A stretch of 64,000 nt of DNA, taken from NCBI RefSeq assembly GCF_009914755.1, contig NC_060928.1; one strand, 5' to 3'. The translations under genes and the position numbers were made by a program. The stretch comes from the human T2T-CHM13v2.0 reference genome, Homo sapiens. Positions 41,230 through 55,230 of this stretch are shown piece after piece; positions within the stretch are counted from its first letter, which is position 1; each line of letters begins with the position of its first letter. Under the pieces are notes generated by a model. That model was given only the letters and a program-made list of their open reading frames with translations. It had not been told where the DNA came from and searched no databases.

Positions 41230-41485
41230 CGAATAGCCATTATTTACTAAGTGCTTACCATGCAGCAGTGATAACTTTGCAATAGTTCTATGTGCTTTAC
41301 ATCAATTATCTCGTTTTTTTATCCTCACAAAATTACCCTGTGGAATATGTTTTTGATGTTCCTTGTGAAGAAAAAGCCAGAACTCAGACAATTTATAAAT
41401 AAATTGCTCAGTCACACAGCTAGTTGGTGGGAAGCTGGGATTTGAATTCAGAACAGTATGATTCAAAAGATTATATTTCAGCTAC
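41230..41485 (-). mobile_element. MIR
   Basis: atcctcacaa..ttgctcagtcacacagctag..gctgggatttgaa. Confidence 0.65.
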
Positions 41486-42973
41486 TAGAAGGATCATAAA
41501 TTTGTAGTTCTGAAAATGTTTTACCTCAAAATAGTACACAGTATAGCTCATTTGTAGATTTGCAACAGCAACATTTTACCTCAATTTATTGTCATTTGGT
41601 ATTACGATTGAAGATATCTGCTTGGATAAACTTTGGATTTTTACCACCTGGACCTGTGATAATAAACAGTAGGTCTCTCATTTCTCAAACACAAGGTGTT
41701 AGGAAGGCTGCTGCTGGGTTGGCAGAGGAGGTTCTCAGCCGTTCTCAGTGCATATGGCTCTTTGGGGTAGAAAGCGACCACCAGGCCCTCTCTTTTGCTC
41801 TCCTTTTCTCACAAATTGTAGTCCATATGATAGATATTCTGACTTTCTTGTTTACTTCCTTTTTGAAGGTGAGTTTGAGGTGATATAAAGAAGCAAAGGG
41901 CCAGGAAACTGACAGCAGAGAACGCTGGGTCTCTCCAGGAAGGTTTCCTTGGTCCCAAGATTTTATGTCCAAAATTGAACCAGGAGCCTCTCTAGTGGGA
42001 TGTTTCTCTGGTTGACACAGTTGTGGGAGGGTTAGGATGGGGAGATGGGAGGAAGATACGGCATAGATAATATTCAATCCCAAATGTAATGGAACTCAGA
42101 ACAGAAAAAGGAAAATGGTGTGCTCTATCCCAGATATGAAGCTCAACAAAGTAACATCATTAGGGCCAGAAATTGTCCTGTTGTGGCATTCCAAAAGCAT
42201 ATGAGCCTCTGTCCTACTCATTATGAATCTTTATCCTTTCCTCTCCCTCTGCTCTCTCTCTCATCAGCAGGCTAAAGAGAGGATACATCTCTCGCTTAAG
42301 CTTGGGGCTTTTTGGCACGAAGCTTGATTGTCTCGGTTTCTTCTTGGCAGATTTAAATTGTTAGAGAAATGAAACTCGTTTGAAAACAGTAGGCCCTGGC
42401 AGGCACTCTCCCAGGCATTGCCCAGGACTCCAGGAACAGTTGTCAACTTGCTGCATGGCATTTGTCTAGGTTGGGTTTGATCTTAGTCTCAGATCCCATA
42501 TGGTAAGAAATAATTCTGTTTTAAAGTTTTGTGTATGATTGAGGTCAGAAGAGGGAGAGAACTTGCTGCATATGGAGTCTGCAGATTTTTTATACTGAAA
42601 TTAAGATTTAATAAAGATGGAGTAAGAACAAAAATTATTTGCATGAAAATGAGACAAAACTGAAAAGGGTATTTTTCTTTTCTCTGAATGTAAATCTCTA
42701 TTTGACTATTAAATTCCTTAATTTTAAGATATTTCTATCATTGTGGAAGTACAAGAATACTGACAACTAATATGTATGTACAATATGGTATGTTAGAAAT
42801 TAAAAGCACATTCACATATATATATTACTGAGTTTGAAAAAAACAGTTTTACTACAAATGGGGAAACAAAATAAAATAGTACCATTTCTAGTAGTATTAG
42901 TTCTTATATAATTTATTATCCAAGTTTTTGGTTTATTTTAAAAGAGCGTGTACAGCACCATATAAAGAATCTG

Positions 42974-43276
42974 GGCCAGGTGCAGTGGTTTACGCCTATA
43001 ATCCCAGGACTTTGGGAGGCTGAGACCAGAGGATTGCTTAAGACCAGGAGTTGGGGACCAGCCTGGGCAACATATTGAGATCCTGTCTCTACAAAAAAAC
43101 GAAAAAATCAGCTGGGCATGGTGGTGTGTAACTGTAGTCTCAGCTACTAGGGGGTCTGAGGCAGGAGGATCACTTCAGCCCAAGAGATCGAGGCTGAAGT
43201 GAACTATGATGGTGCCTGTCTACTCCAGCGTGAGCAAAAGAGTGAGACCCTGTCTCAAAATTAAAAATAAAAAAGA
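42974..43276 (+). mobile_element. AluJ
   Basis: ggccaggtgcagtgg..ggaggatcacttcagccc..gagtgagaccctgtctcaaaa. Confidence 0.92.
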
Positions 43277-43280
43277 ATTG

Positions 43281-43558
<278 letters not shown>

Positions 43559-45194
43559 CTAGTAGGCAATAATATGCTTAGAGGTTCTGATGAAACATGT
43601 TATATAGTATTTTCAAGTTTTTCTTTAGACTTCCAATAGGACATAGTAATAGTAAATAATTGAAATTAAAATGCTTCCCCAAAATTTGAGATGTGGGTAG
43701 ATAAGCATAAATTTTTGAATCAATTTCTAGTTAAATCCATACTGTAATTTGATTGTGCAATTACAAATTTCATCTTCTTTTCTCCATCTCTATACCACTA
43801 TTTGGAGAGAGAGATGGCTACTTAACAGCTGGAACTGTGAAAACAGAATAAATTTCAGAGCATCTAAATGTGTGTGCCGCTCCAATAAATATTTTAGACA
43901 TCAGAAACAGTTGATGTTGTCAACCCCTAAGTGTCAGGTCTACTTCCTCTGTTTATTTTTCCCCTACCACCCACTACTGTTTCTCTTTGACACACAGCCT
44001 CTTCTTATTGCAGAATCTCAGAGGAGCAAACACTAGGCCCTTTTCACAGAATCAGTTTAATATAGACTAGTATGAATGATGATTCATACTATTCAAAGAA
44101 CTATTAATGAAAACTTTCTATATCTGGTGGTTCATGGGTTAAACTCAGTTGTCACCCGACATCTCCAAACTGATTTTTGACCTGGATTTGTTCCTTACAT
44201 ATATGACCATCTCCTTCCATTAACTCAGGTTAAGCAGAAGCTAAAACAGAATAGAGTAAACCAGGGGTAGAGGACCAATCTGATTAAATCTAACAATTTG
44301 TACATCTGTGCCTGACTTTCATCACTTCTTATGATTGCGTATAAAGTACCTGCTGTTGAATGAGGGATTAAGCCCATTCCAATTATTGATGCTTTTTAAC
44401 TTTACAGATGTCAAAGGCATTCCTTCAAACCTGTTCATTTCCAGAGCAAGGCTTTTCCAGATGGGAATTAGAAAGCAAGATTTGACAAAATCTGCTTCTC
44501 TGTTACTCAGTACAAAGGAATATTACAGTAACGCTCCCATTTCTGTTAATCCATTCATTTCAGGTTTGATTTACCTTTTTTGCTTTGATCTAAAAATCTC
44601 TGTGGCTTTATAGGATTATATGTTGCTATATTCAGGTTTTGAATGAATCACACTGTATGCATTTTAATATGATTTCTCTGACTCCAAAGCCAGGATTAAC
44701 CTGTTGTTTTTGATTAAAAAGATGCTATGTCTAGATTTCAGAGGAGTGTTAGATTTCTCTGCTTATCTACTGTTTTTCTTCTTTTTAAATAGACAAAAGA
44801 AATTATATTTGTTGTCTATATTGATGAAATAAAGAAAAAAAGTATAGTTTTTTAAAGAATTTAAATATTAACACTCAATATAAACTGTTGTATAAATAAG
44901 AGTGAAAGTTTTTTTTAACACTGTGTTTTGCATGCCCTCTGTTGACTTCTTGCTAAATCGTGATTACTAAAGTAGACCTCATTTAAACCACAGGAAAGAA
45001 AAACTTTGGTGACTGGTCATGTCATAGAAATTAGATATTTTTTAAAAATGGTTACCTTAGTGTTTAAAAACAAAGGGAAAGACTCTGATCTTCCCTCATT
45101 CGGTGCTGCCAACTTTTCTTGACTCTTCTAAAATTGTATGTGAAGCAAAAAGTTACAGTAGAGAATCCCAATAATATTCTAAAGAATAACAATA

Positions 45195-45430
45195 TAGTAA
45201 TGGCAAAATCTTAGAGATGCTTAAAATGGACAGACACTGCTCTAAAAACTTTACCTATATCAAGTCAATTAATTTTCCCAAAGCATTTGGAAGTTGATCC
45301 CATTATTTTAATTATACAGATAAGGAAAATGAAGACAGAAGTGAAGAAATTATTCAAGCTTATATGGCAGAAGCATGGTTCAAACTTGGCAAATTTGGTT
45401 CAAGTCCATGTTCTTAACCACTATGCTAGT
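45195..45430 (-). mobile_element. MIR
   Basis: cccattatt..tacagataaggaaaatgaagacaga..tcttaaccactatgct. Confidence 0.7.
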
Positions 45431-45569
45431 TATGTTTACATGGTCAACCCAGAAAATATATAAAATGAATTAAACTCAATCTAATGAGAATATGGTAATG
45501 AACAAGTGAGAAATCGAATGACCAACTGGTCCATTTTTCTCTCCTCCACAAACTTCCTTTTTAAAAGTA

Positions 45570-45939
45570 TGGTATGGTTTAAATGTGTCCCCCAAAATTC
45601 ATGTGTTGAAAACTAAATTCCCAGTGCAACAGTGTTAAGAGGTGGGATCTTTAAGAGAGGATTAGATCAAGACATCTCTGCCCTCCTGAATGGATTAATG
45701 CCATTATCTCAGGAATGGATTAGTTATCTCAGGAGTGGTGTCCTGATAAAATGATGAGTTGGACCCTTTGTCCCCATTGCTCTCAAACCCTCTCTTACCT
45801 TCTCACCTTCATGGGATGATGCAGCAAGAAGGCCCTTGCCAGATGTCACCACCTTGATATTGAACTTCCTGGCCTCCATTAAGTGTAAATCACTCAGTCT
45901 GTGGCATTCTGTTGTAATAGGACAAAATGGACTAAGACA
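45570..45939 (+). mobile_element. MaLR solo LTR (MST-like) with 5-bp TSD
   Basis: tggtatggtttaaatgtgtcccc...aaatggactaagaca; TSD aagta at 45565-45569 and 45940-45944. Confidence 0.88.
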
Positions 45940-47929
45940 AAGTAGAAATTCCAGATATGGGTTCCATAGTACATCAATGCTGAGCCCATTTCTAAATTTT
46001 AAGCACAGCTCATCTGCCAAGTTGCTAAGGTTTTAGCCTATGACTCATAAGCCCTTTGGACTCATTACCACATCGTCTCCCTTTGAACTTACCCTACAAT
46101 CAAGGAACAGAAATACAGGGTAAAGAAGAATCTAGCTGCGAAAACTAGATTCAAACAATTAACCAATGTTTGTGGAGGGCACATACTGATTTTCCTACAT
46201 CAGTGATTGGGAAAGAAATTGAAGTTTATATACACATTGCTAAATAAGAATAGAGACAATGCACATCCGAATCAAATTTTGGCAATCATAAAAGGCAATG
46301 TTTATGAACATGTCTAAATGCAAATTAGAAACAAATCATTGTTTATTAAAATCAGTTTCATTTAATCTTTGATATTTCTAATATTTGCTAGGAAAGATTC
46401 CTGTCTTTTATTTCTATCTGGTGGCTTTGTTCAAATCACTCTCTAAGGTTCTTTTATCCAGTTTATTATAAATAAATTAAACATTACTCTGTATCCTCGA
46501 GGAAAGAGGATTTTAAATTTAAATATCTATAAGCATTTCTATGTATCTGAAAGTAGACATGATGCTAAAAATGAAAAATGATCCATAGTTTTCTAATAAT
46601 ATACAATTTGTATACTCTTACTTATATTTTCAACTAGATTCTGAACTCTTGAAGGAAAAACCTTCTTATTGCCTATTTTTGTATAATTTACGCCTATAGT
46701 TCATCCCCATTCCCTCATCCCATACTATAGTGATTTCAGTGATATGGATATAGTAGGTGTTTAATAAATATTTGCTGTGTGAATAAATTGCTTTCCATTA
46801 CTGAAGCTACTTTGAGAATTATTTTTGAAACAATAAAGAGTCTCAGAAAGAATATAGTAGACAAGGTTTGAAACAGGGTTTGCATGTAAATTAAGCATCT
46901 TTCTTCAGGTCTCTGATTTTGACATAATCCAAATACTGCTTCACTGTAAAGCAAAGAGGCATGTTAGTGCATCTTATTCTGTCTTAGGGAGTCAAAAGGT
47001 GCAATGCAATAGAAGAGGTGATGTTGGAACTTGCTTTTTGGCTGCATGCTTTGCCTTTCAAGCACTGACTGAGCTGCAGCATAAGGTGTGAAATTAGGAC
47101 AAATGTTCCAAGTCCTAGAAAATGAGTGTTTTATTTAACTCCATCTTGCTCAGGAAATCTGTTTCAGGATTACAGGCTTTCAGAAAAGATTGTTGACTAA
47201 GGGATATTTAGGTTGATAAATAGAAACAAAAAAACTGCATGATCTTTGACAACAAAACTAAAATAAATGCTGACACACAAAAGCAACTTTGATAATGCTA
47301 CTCACAATAGTACTCCAGAGTTTACTTTTAGACACATAAGGAAGGACCTGTAGATAAACTTAAACTCTCAGGAGTTGGTTTATCCCCCCAAACCGTAATA
47401 TCCCCTGTGCTAAACACTGGGAAATTGTATTACTTTAAAAAAGCAGGAAAGAAAATGTTCAAAATGCTAGACATTAAATGGGTAGTATAAATAATCTTCA
47501 ATTGCAAAAACTCTTTGCTGTTCAATTTAAAAAGACAGCTTAGAAAAACTAGTCAAGGATAAAGTATCATGCTTCTCATAGTATTTTCTATCTCCATCAT
47601 TGATAAAGTAATGCAGAACAGATTGAGTTATTATAACCATGAACTTCTTATTTATTTAATATAAAATATACAATTTGTTCTTCTGTTCTGAGAGTTCTAT
47701 TCCTCTGAGAAGTAACATGTCTTTAAAGTATTAGATTAGGTGAAGCCTGTCTAGTTGTTTATATTCATTCTTGAGCTAAGCTAATATTAATAAATGGATT
47801 CTTACCACTTTTAAAAGATATCCCTTTTCTTTTATTTTGCTATTTGAAATGTCTTACTTTCACTAAACCAAATTCTTCCTTCTGAAATTACTTCATTCTG
47901 TGTAATTCTGTGTGGAAGTGGAAGTAGAA

Positions 47930-48155
47930 GTAGCAAATATATACTGAATCCTGTATTATATGACAGAAAATCTTTTGCCTTACATTGACCTAGTTAATCT
48001 TCATCATAACAGTTTGAGGAATGTTACTAATTATCCCCTTTTTACACATGAGGAAATTAAGGCACAAAGAAGGTAAGCAACTTGTCCAGAGTTACACAGC
48101 TTAAAACTATGAAGCCAAGCTTCAACTTCTGGAAGTCATCCTTTTAACCAATAAG
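47930..48155 (-). mobile_element. MIR
   Basis: ttttacacatgaggaaattaaggcacaaagaaggtaagcaacttgtcc. Confidence 0.75.
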
Positions 48156-48707
48156 CCATTCTTGACAGAGGACACCATTTTGTTCATCTTTGTATTCCTA
48201 CACCTTACCCAGTGCCTAGAACTTATTAGGCACTTATAGAACATTTATAAAACAGAGCGCTTATTAAGCTTTAGAATGTACCTCCCTTTATTTCTTTTCT
48301 TACCTCTGCAGCCAGATTCACACCTTGGCCTTCCTTATCTGGGAAAGAGCTCCTCATTAATTTCAGCATTCAATCTTCAATTGATACTCAGTTTCAAGTA
48401 CAGTTTTGACCTTCTCATTTAATTCCCTTGCTCAAAAATTGACCATGGACCCCATTACCTCTGAACTCTTGTGTCTGGCATTGAAGGCTCTCTTTTCTTT
48501 GTCCTAGCCTATGTTAGTTCTTGTCTCCCAGAAGCCAGTATGCCAAATTCTACTACTCAGTGTTGTCATAGAATGCCCTATGATTTAACATTTATCCCCA
48601 CCCATAGACCACTGAATGTTTTTCCTTTGTTGTTATGTGCTCCTGAATTCTCACTCCCATCTAATCCCCATTTATGATTAAGGCTATTGATTCTTCAATG
48701 CTTAAAT

Positions 48708-50658
48708 TAATGGCAGCGGCAGACCATCCAGAGCAGCTGCTGTCATCAGGGAGGCACAGGCAGTGACAGCAGGAGCGGCTGTGGGAGCATCATCAATGGC
48801 AGCAGTGGGTCCCCTGTGCCTTCTGTCCCTGAGCAGCAGACTGCACTGCTCCCACCCTCCTGAGGCCAGGCAGGACCTGCTCCCAGGTCCAGAGCCTCTG
48901 CTGCTCTGCATCCTGGCCATGCAGTTGCCGCTGTCGCCTGCCACCGTTGTGGGGAGGGTGTGGGGAGGAGGCAGAACTGGCCCCGGAGTGGTGCTGCACT
49001 CCACAGAGCTGGCAGGAACTAGGGACAAGCGAGAGCCTCCGTGGAGCCCACTGCCCTGGGGGCTACTGTGATGGAGCCAGGCTGAGCCACCCACTGGATG
49101 GGGAGCAGTGTGGTCAGGCACAGAGGAGTGGACAGAGAGGGCCTCAGCGAGGACCTGGAGCCCCGGCCCCAGATTGTGAGGAGGTGCAGCTGGGGCTGCC
49201 ACACACTCCATGGAGTGGGCGAGAGCTCCGCCCTCCCAAACGTAGGGCCTGGGCATCTCTGCACTTTGCACCCTCAGGAGCCCAGGAAGGCCCCCCTGTC
49301 CCCTCAGGCTGGGCAGTGTCTGCTCCCACTGACTTGCCTCTTCCCATTCCTGGTGCCTGCTCCAATCTCAGAGCAGGGTTGGGGCCAAGCCCAGGTGCTG
49401 TCACAGCCCATCCAGGTGTGCACTCACTCGGGGTATTGCTGACATGCCAGCCCCCTCATGCCTCAGCCCCCTCCAGACTTTGGGTGCCAATAAGCACGTG
49501 GTGGGGGGAGTTGAAGGGGGACTGAGGGCAGCTCGGCGCTGGCCTGCAGGTGCCCCTTGGTGCAAGCAGCCTGGGTGCCATGGACAGCAGCAGGAGGCAG
49601 ACAGGCTTCTGTGTGGAAGGGGGTGGGTCCCTGTTGAGGCCCCACCTTCAGGCTAGGGAGGGCCTGAAGGCTGGGGGGCAGGCTGCCAGTCCTGCAGACC
49701 ATAGTGGGAATTTGTGGTGCCTTTTCTGGGCCCACCAATGGCTGCCCATGGACCAATCAGCATGTACTTCCTCCCCACTGAGGCTGATAAAAGCCCAGGG
49801 CTCAGCCAGAGCAGAGCAGATGATGGGAAGAGCAGCTGCAGAGAGGAGCTACGTTTTCTGCTGGGAGCTGAACACTTGTTGGGACTACCTGCCTGAAGAG
49901 AGGTTCTATCCTCTCTGCTAGGAGCTGAACACTCATCTGGACACCCTGGCTGCAGAAAGGAGCTGCCCCCTGCAGGTCTCCCCTGAGCTGTTCTATTGCC
50001 CAATAACGCTCCTCTTCGTCTTGCTCACCCTTCACTTGTCTGCATATCTCATTCTTCCTGGTCACATGACAAGAAGTCGGGACCCACTGAATGGTGAGGC
50101 TAAAAGAGCAGTAACACGAACAGGCCTGAAACATGTCCCTTGCTTGCCAGGTTGCGGGAGAAGAAAAGGAGAGAAGAGTTGTGGCCCTTTGGGGATCCCA
50201 GACCTAGGAGTTCCCCAAGCCAGGGCTGTGACTCCCTCTTTGGGATCCTGTGGTTCCTGGCATCTCCAAGATTCCAGGTGCCACCACATTCCTTAGTGCC
50301 AGCTGTGGAAGCTGCTTATGGTGCCCCTGGTCTGGCTGTAGCCTTGCAGAGAGCCAGCCCCAGTGCCAGCACCTGGAGTTCCCACCCCACTGCAGCAGTT
50401 GGTGTGTCTGACTGTGCACAGTGGCCAGACCCCACACTCACTCACACACCCCTCACTGTTCCATGCCTGACTCGCCCTTGGCAGGCATGGATACACGCCC
50501 TTGGCAAGCATGAGACCCAGACCAGTGGTATGAGCCGAGTGCAGCCTACTGGCCAAGTGGGCGAAATGAGCCCAGTGGGCCCAAGCAAAACTGCCAAAGG
50601 TGTCATCGGCCACAGAGGTTTCCAGCCAGGAAATGGACATCCCGAAGATCCCATAACA
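48708..50658 (+). mobile_element. MER52 (ERV1) solo LTR, ~1.95 kb, with 4-bp TSD
   Basis: taatggcagcggcag..gatcccataaca; TSD aaat at 48704-48707 and 50659-50662; homologous to 9782-11479. Confidence 0.88.
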
Positions 50659-52769
50659 AAATCAAATGTTAACAGTTTAATAACATGTTCTCCACTGATT
50701 TTACTTGACTATATTTTATTTCTCTTTGGATTCAAGTAATAGTTGATTACATTTTGCTTTATGTTAAATGCCTTTGTCTTTTTCTACTTGTTAGGTTATA
50801 AACATCTTGAGAGCAAGGACTAAATCTTACTTATCTTTATTAAGAACTAACAGTGGAACACACAGAAAATCCATGGATATACTGTCAGACTGTCACCAAA
50901 TATACATTCAACATTTTTCTTACTTGTGAGACTGATTTTGAGAAAATTTGCTATCACAGAATCACTAAACTTTAGAGCAGGTAAAGACTCCTGCAATGAT
51001 TTTATTTACTTGCTATATTTTACCAATAAGAAAACCGAGGCATAGAGAAGTTGAGACTTTCTACACACCAGTGCCTAGTCTTCATGATGCTTATGCCCAA
51101 CCCTGAGTCCTTTCCTCTATATAATCCTGCCTCATTACATTTCTGAAAGACGGAGAAGTTTTATAACAACAAGATGAAAGACTTTGGAAGTTTACAGAGG
51201 CTATCAGGCTATCTTCTCATAGACCCATCATTTGTCCAGCAGAAAGAGACTAAAAAGGCTTATAAGAATATCAAGACCCCAATGTTGTACTTATGGTTTG
51301 ACTTTATATCTCTGACTAATTACAGAATTTGATTATTAAAAAAGGTTTTTTATATCAAATCTTGGTTTATACTTTAAATTTTTTTGGTATTTATTATATA
51401 TCAGTTGACACTTCCTCCTCTCCACCCCAAACAAACAAAAACCCCAAAATAAAAACTGTTGGATAGAGCTGTTATCTATCCATAAGCATTGTTAAGCATT
51501 GTTTCCTCATTTTATGGATAAAGAATCTCAAAGGAAGCAACTTTGTCAATATTAGGATTGTGACCTTAACCTGGAGAGTAGCCAGGAGGAATCTGTTCTC
51601 ATATTGCAGATACCAGGACATTCTGCTTCCTCAAGAGATGGTAACTCTAACATCTTGATGTGACTCTACAATATCTAAGGAATGATTTTGTTAGCAATGG
51701 AGACTGCGAGTGACAGGTGCTAGTTAAGTCTGAACCAGCCACCACTGCCAATGAGCTCTGGCCTGGTTCAGCTTGGTTTCCCCATTCGCTTTCAGGTGAT
51801 GGAAATGTCATGCTTTAACATGCCCAGTTATAATACTAGTGGCAATCTGTTGTACCTTCCCAAAGAGACATTCATGCTTATAGGGGCAAGTATTCACAGG
51901 CACTGAAAAAGTAGAACTATCTTGAGAATTTGTAAAAATAACATTGAGAACTGCTTCATTCACTGGATGTAGGCAATGATTTTCCTAAGGTGTTAGGCAA
52001 AATGCATGCCATTTGTATGTGGGAAGAAAGAATGGCAACAGAGGGAACATTACAATGAAATTTGGTTTTATACCTTGCCATATACTTTAACATGTTTCAT
52101 CTCAAAGCACATTTTGTTGCCTATTTCAAGTTAAAGTCCCAACTTCTGACATTGATCTTTGATGTGCCCCCACAATATGGCCCCCCTACCCTGCACTTCT
52201 ATTGCTTCTTCCCTTCATATCTTACCTGCCTTAGTCAACACAAACTACTCATTATGCTTACAACATGCCGATTCAGCAAAATTCAAAGAAACAAACATTT
52301 GATAAATGTCCACCATATGTTTGGAATTTTGCTAAGAACTATACAGGGCAGGAAGAGAAAGCATTTCTTCTATCCTTAAGTAATTGGAAATCTAATGGGA
52401 AAGACAAGCAAGTACATAAATTAATCTGATATGAAGTAGAGTGAGCGGTAGGGAGGGCAAAAATGTTGAAAAGTAAATTGGGTTATATGAGGACATCAAA
52501 AGAGGTTATTTAAGTGTGTGTGTGTTTTTAATGCATTGGGATCCTCTAAAAGGTTTTGAATAGGGAAAGAATGAGCAGAACATGAGGTGGACATTAGAAA
52601 GGATAAGCTAGAGAGACGGATATTAAAATTAGAGAAGCCATATTTTAAGAAGGTTGTAATAGCAGTTCGTGTCAGGTATGATAAGGGCCTGAAAGGTAAT
52701 CACTGATAGTAGAAGTGAGATGAAAGGGATGCACTCCATGACTTTGCAGTAAGAATGTCCTTATATTAC

Positions 52770-53005
52770 AGTGGTTAAGCATGTGAGTTCCAGAGTCACA
52801 CACAGGTTTGCATCATGTCTCTGCCATTTATTAGCTATGTCACCTTAAATGAATTAGCAAACTGATCTATGCATCAGAATCCATGTATCTAAAGTGCAGA
52901 TTATCTTGGCACTCAAGTCAAAAGTGTGTTCTTAGTTCACATGGAATAATCTTTATAAAATGCCTGCCACAGAGTAAGTACCGAATAAACATTTCATATT
53001 ATTGT
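52770..53005 (+). mobile_element. MIR
   Basis: gtggttaagcatgtg..ctctgccatttattagctatgtcacctt..tgcctgccacagagtaagt. Confidence 0.7.
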
Positions 53006-54479
53006 GGAGAAGTTTTAAGACAGATGGTTGAAGAATTTGATCAGAATATCCTCCCCTCCAAGTTTATTTTTCTTTCCACTTGCTTCTCTACCTTGTTGAA
53101 ATCTGCCCATCTCTATTGCACTCCACTATGAAGAGTTCCTTGAATAGTCCTGTGCACAATGATCTTTCCTACCTGTGTTTTTAAAATATTGATCATCTAT
53201 ACTAATCAAGAGACACTTAGCATTTACCTCATGCTGTTAAATATATTTCTTTGATACAATTTTTTGATGAATAATATGTCAATTCCTGTTTATCAGCATT
53301 AAATAAATTGTAATGCAGATTAACCAGAGGAAGTGATTTTACTTCGGGCTCATTTCTTGGTGATAGAATCCACTTCTAGCTCCTCAGTTCAAGGTCTTTA
53401 AGAAGAAAATACAATAAGTTAAAAATACTTCTGTACATGGTGGTGATAAAAGCTGGGCACCCATGGAAAAGCAGAAGAGCTCCAGCATGGGGACCAGCAA
53501 GCACAAGGGCTCTAGCTATACGAGGGACCAAGTGTGGAGGAGCCAAATCCATTTTATAATAGCTCACAAAAAATACTTGAATTTAATTTAACTCTGCAGG
53601 GCAAAGTTACCCTTTACAACAATAGCTAATTTTATCTTACAATTTATTGTATTCTAAAAGAGGTTTAACATTATTTTGTCTGGAATGGAAGGCAGTCAGC
53701 CTTACTTTAAGGAATCTTCTATTTCTTTTAAAAATGATGGATGCTAAAATGCTTCCATAGCAGAACTAGAGAAAAATAAAAGACTGGCCAAACTAATTTC
53801 CTCTTATTCTATTTAGTTGGTTTATTTGGCCCTGCATTAGTAGAAATACATAAATAATTTTAAGAAATGACATATGGAATATTTTGAGAGTATAAATGTG
53901 CATACGGGATACAAGGGCATCAGAGGGATTTTGTTTTGAAATATGCACTTTTAATGTAGATTGATACCATAGAATAGAAATTGAAATTATATTACAGATT
54001 TCTGCTTTGAATAACTTTGTGAATTTTCCTTCTCTTCTGAAGATCTAAATCATATCTTCTCTTTCCTTATGTCAGTCTTCCCAAATGTATTGGTATTCTT
54101 TTCTGTGAGAGGTATTATTAATTCATCTATACAATAAGTATTCAAGGAAAATGTCACTGATTTATTCTTGTTAAGTTTAGGTTGCAAGTGTAAAAATCTA
54201 TAAACAATCAAAATGATGGTAGGACAAAATGAAAAGGGATGTGCAGTTGCTGACTAATATTAATCTGACAAATTTTAAATAGTTTTCTACAAAGACACCC
54301 AAATCCTTCATAACAAAGTCTCATTTTTTTGTGTCATTGCATTGTCTGAGACTGTATATGTGTATATAATGTATATATCTTTATCCTATATATGTATATT
54401 TGCATTATATTTGTATATACATTTGTGTGTATATTCACATATATTTCATATCTATAGCATCAACTACTTCATAATAAAA

Positions 54480-54805
54480 GTGATATGTGTAACTTTCAAG
54501 TAAAATGGTTTAAAGAAGAAATTGTTTGCTTGCCACTTAATCTCTTTTTCCCTTCTTACAAAATGGAACATGGACTAGTATGTGTAATCCAACCTCAACC
54601 AATCCAGAGAAGAACACTGGAGGAGGAAATGGAAGAGAAACAAGATATCTATAGGGAAGGAGCTTCCCTGCTGGCCTGGAAATGCTCATCCCTGGATCGT
54701 TAGATAAGACAGAAATAAAATTCTATTTTGTTTGAGACTTTGAATTTTAGGGTTTTGTTGTTGTTGTTGTTACAGCTGCTTAAAATATACACCCAAAGTA
54801 ATATA
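54480..54805 (+). mobile_element. MLT1-like MaLR LTR remnant
   Basis: agacagaaataaaattctattttgtttga..ttgttacagctgc 3' end. Confidence 0.55.
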
Positions 54806-54866
54806 TTTGCCATCTTGACTTTTTAATTTGTGCATCCTTCCCTTTTCATTCCTGTTCTCTTGAGGC

Positions 54867-54869
<3 letters not shown>

Positions 54870-54902
<33 letters not shown>
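54870..54902. repeat. (TA)n microsatellite
   Basis: Direct reading. Confidence 0.95.
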
Positions 54903-54905
<3 letters not shown>

Positions 54906-55091
54906 CCCAACATAAATATTTTCAAAAAGCATGCAAAAAAGCAGTCCTAACTGGGAAAGAAACAACATAAGAGATAAATGTACAGGTCAGTTTTTACTGC
55001 TAACATGGACCATCTGAAAATCTTTGCAAAGACACTCACTTTTCTTTATTTTCAGATGCAAATTTGATAATATCTTCTTGGCCTTTGTTCA

Positions 55092-55230
55092 TTTATTATT
55101 TTATTTTACATTAATTTGAGTAGGGGTCTTGCTCTGTCGCTCAGGCTGGAGTGCAGTGGCATAATCATGATCACTGCAGCCTCAAACTCCAAGGAAGCCT
55201 GGGACGACAGGTGCGCATCATTACACCCGC
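55092..55230 (-). mobile_element. AluJ right-arm fragment
   Basis: gggtcttgctctgtcgctcaggctggagtgcagtggc..tcactgcagcctcaaactcc. Confidence 0.85.

Noticed and set aside
48702-50739. ORFs up to 199 aa
   Set aside because: MER52 LTR sequence with no recognisable domain.
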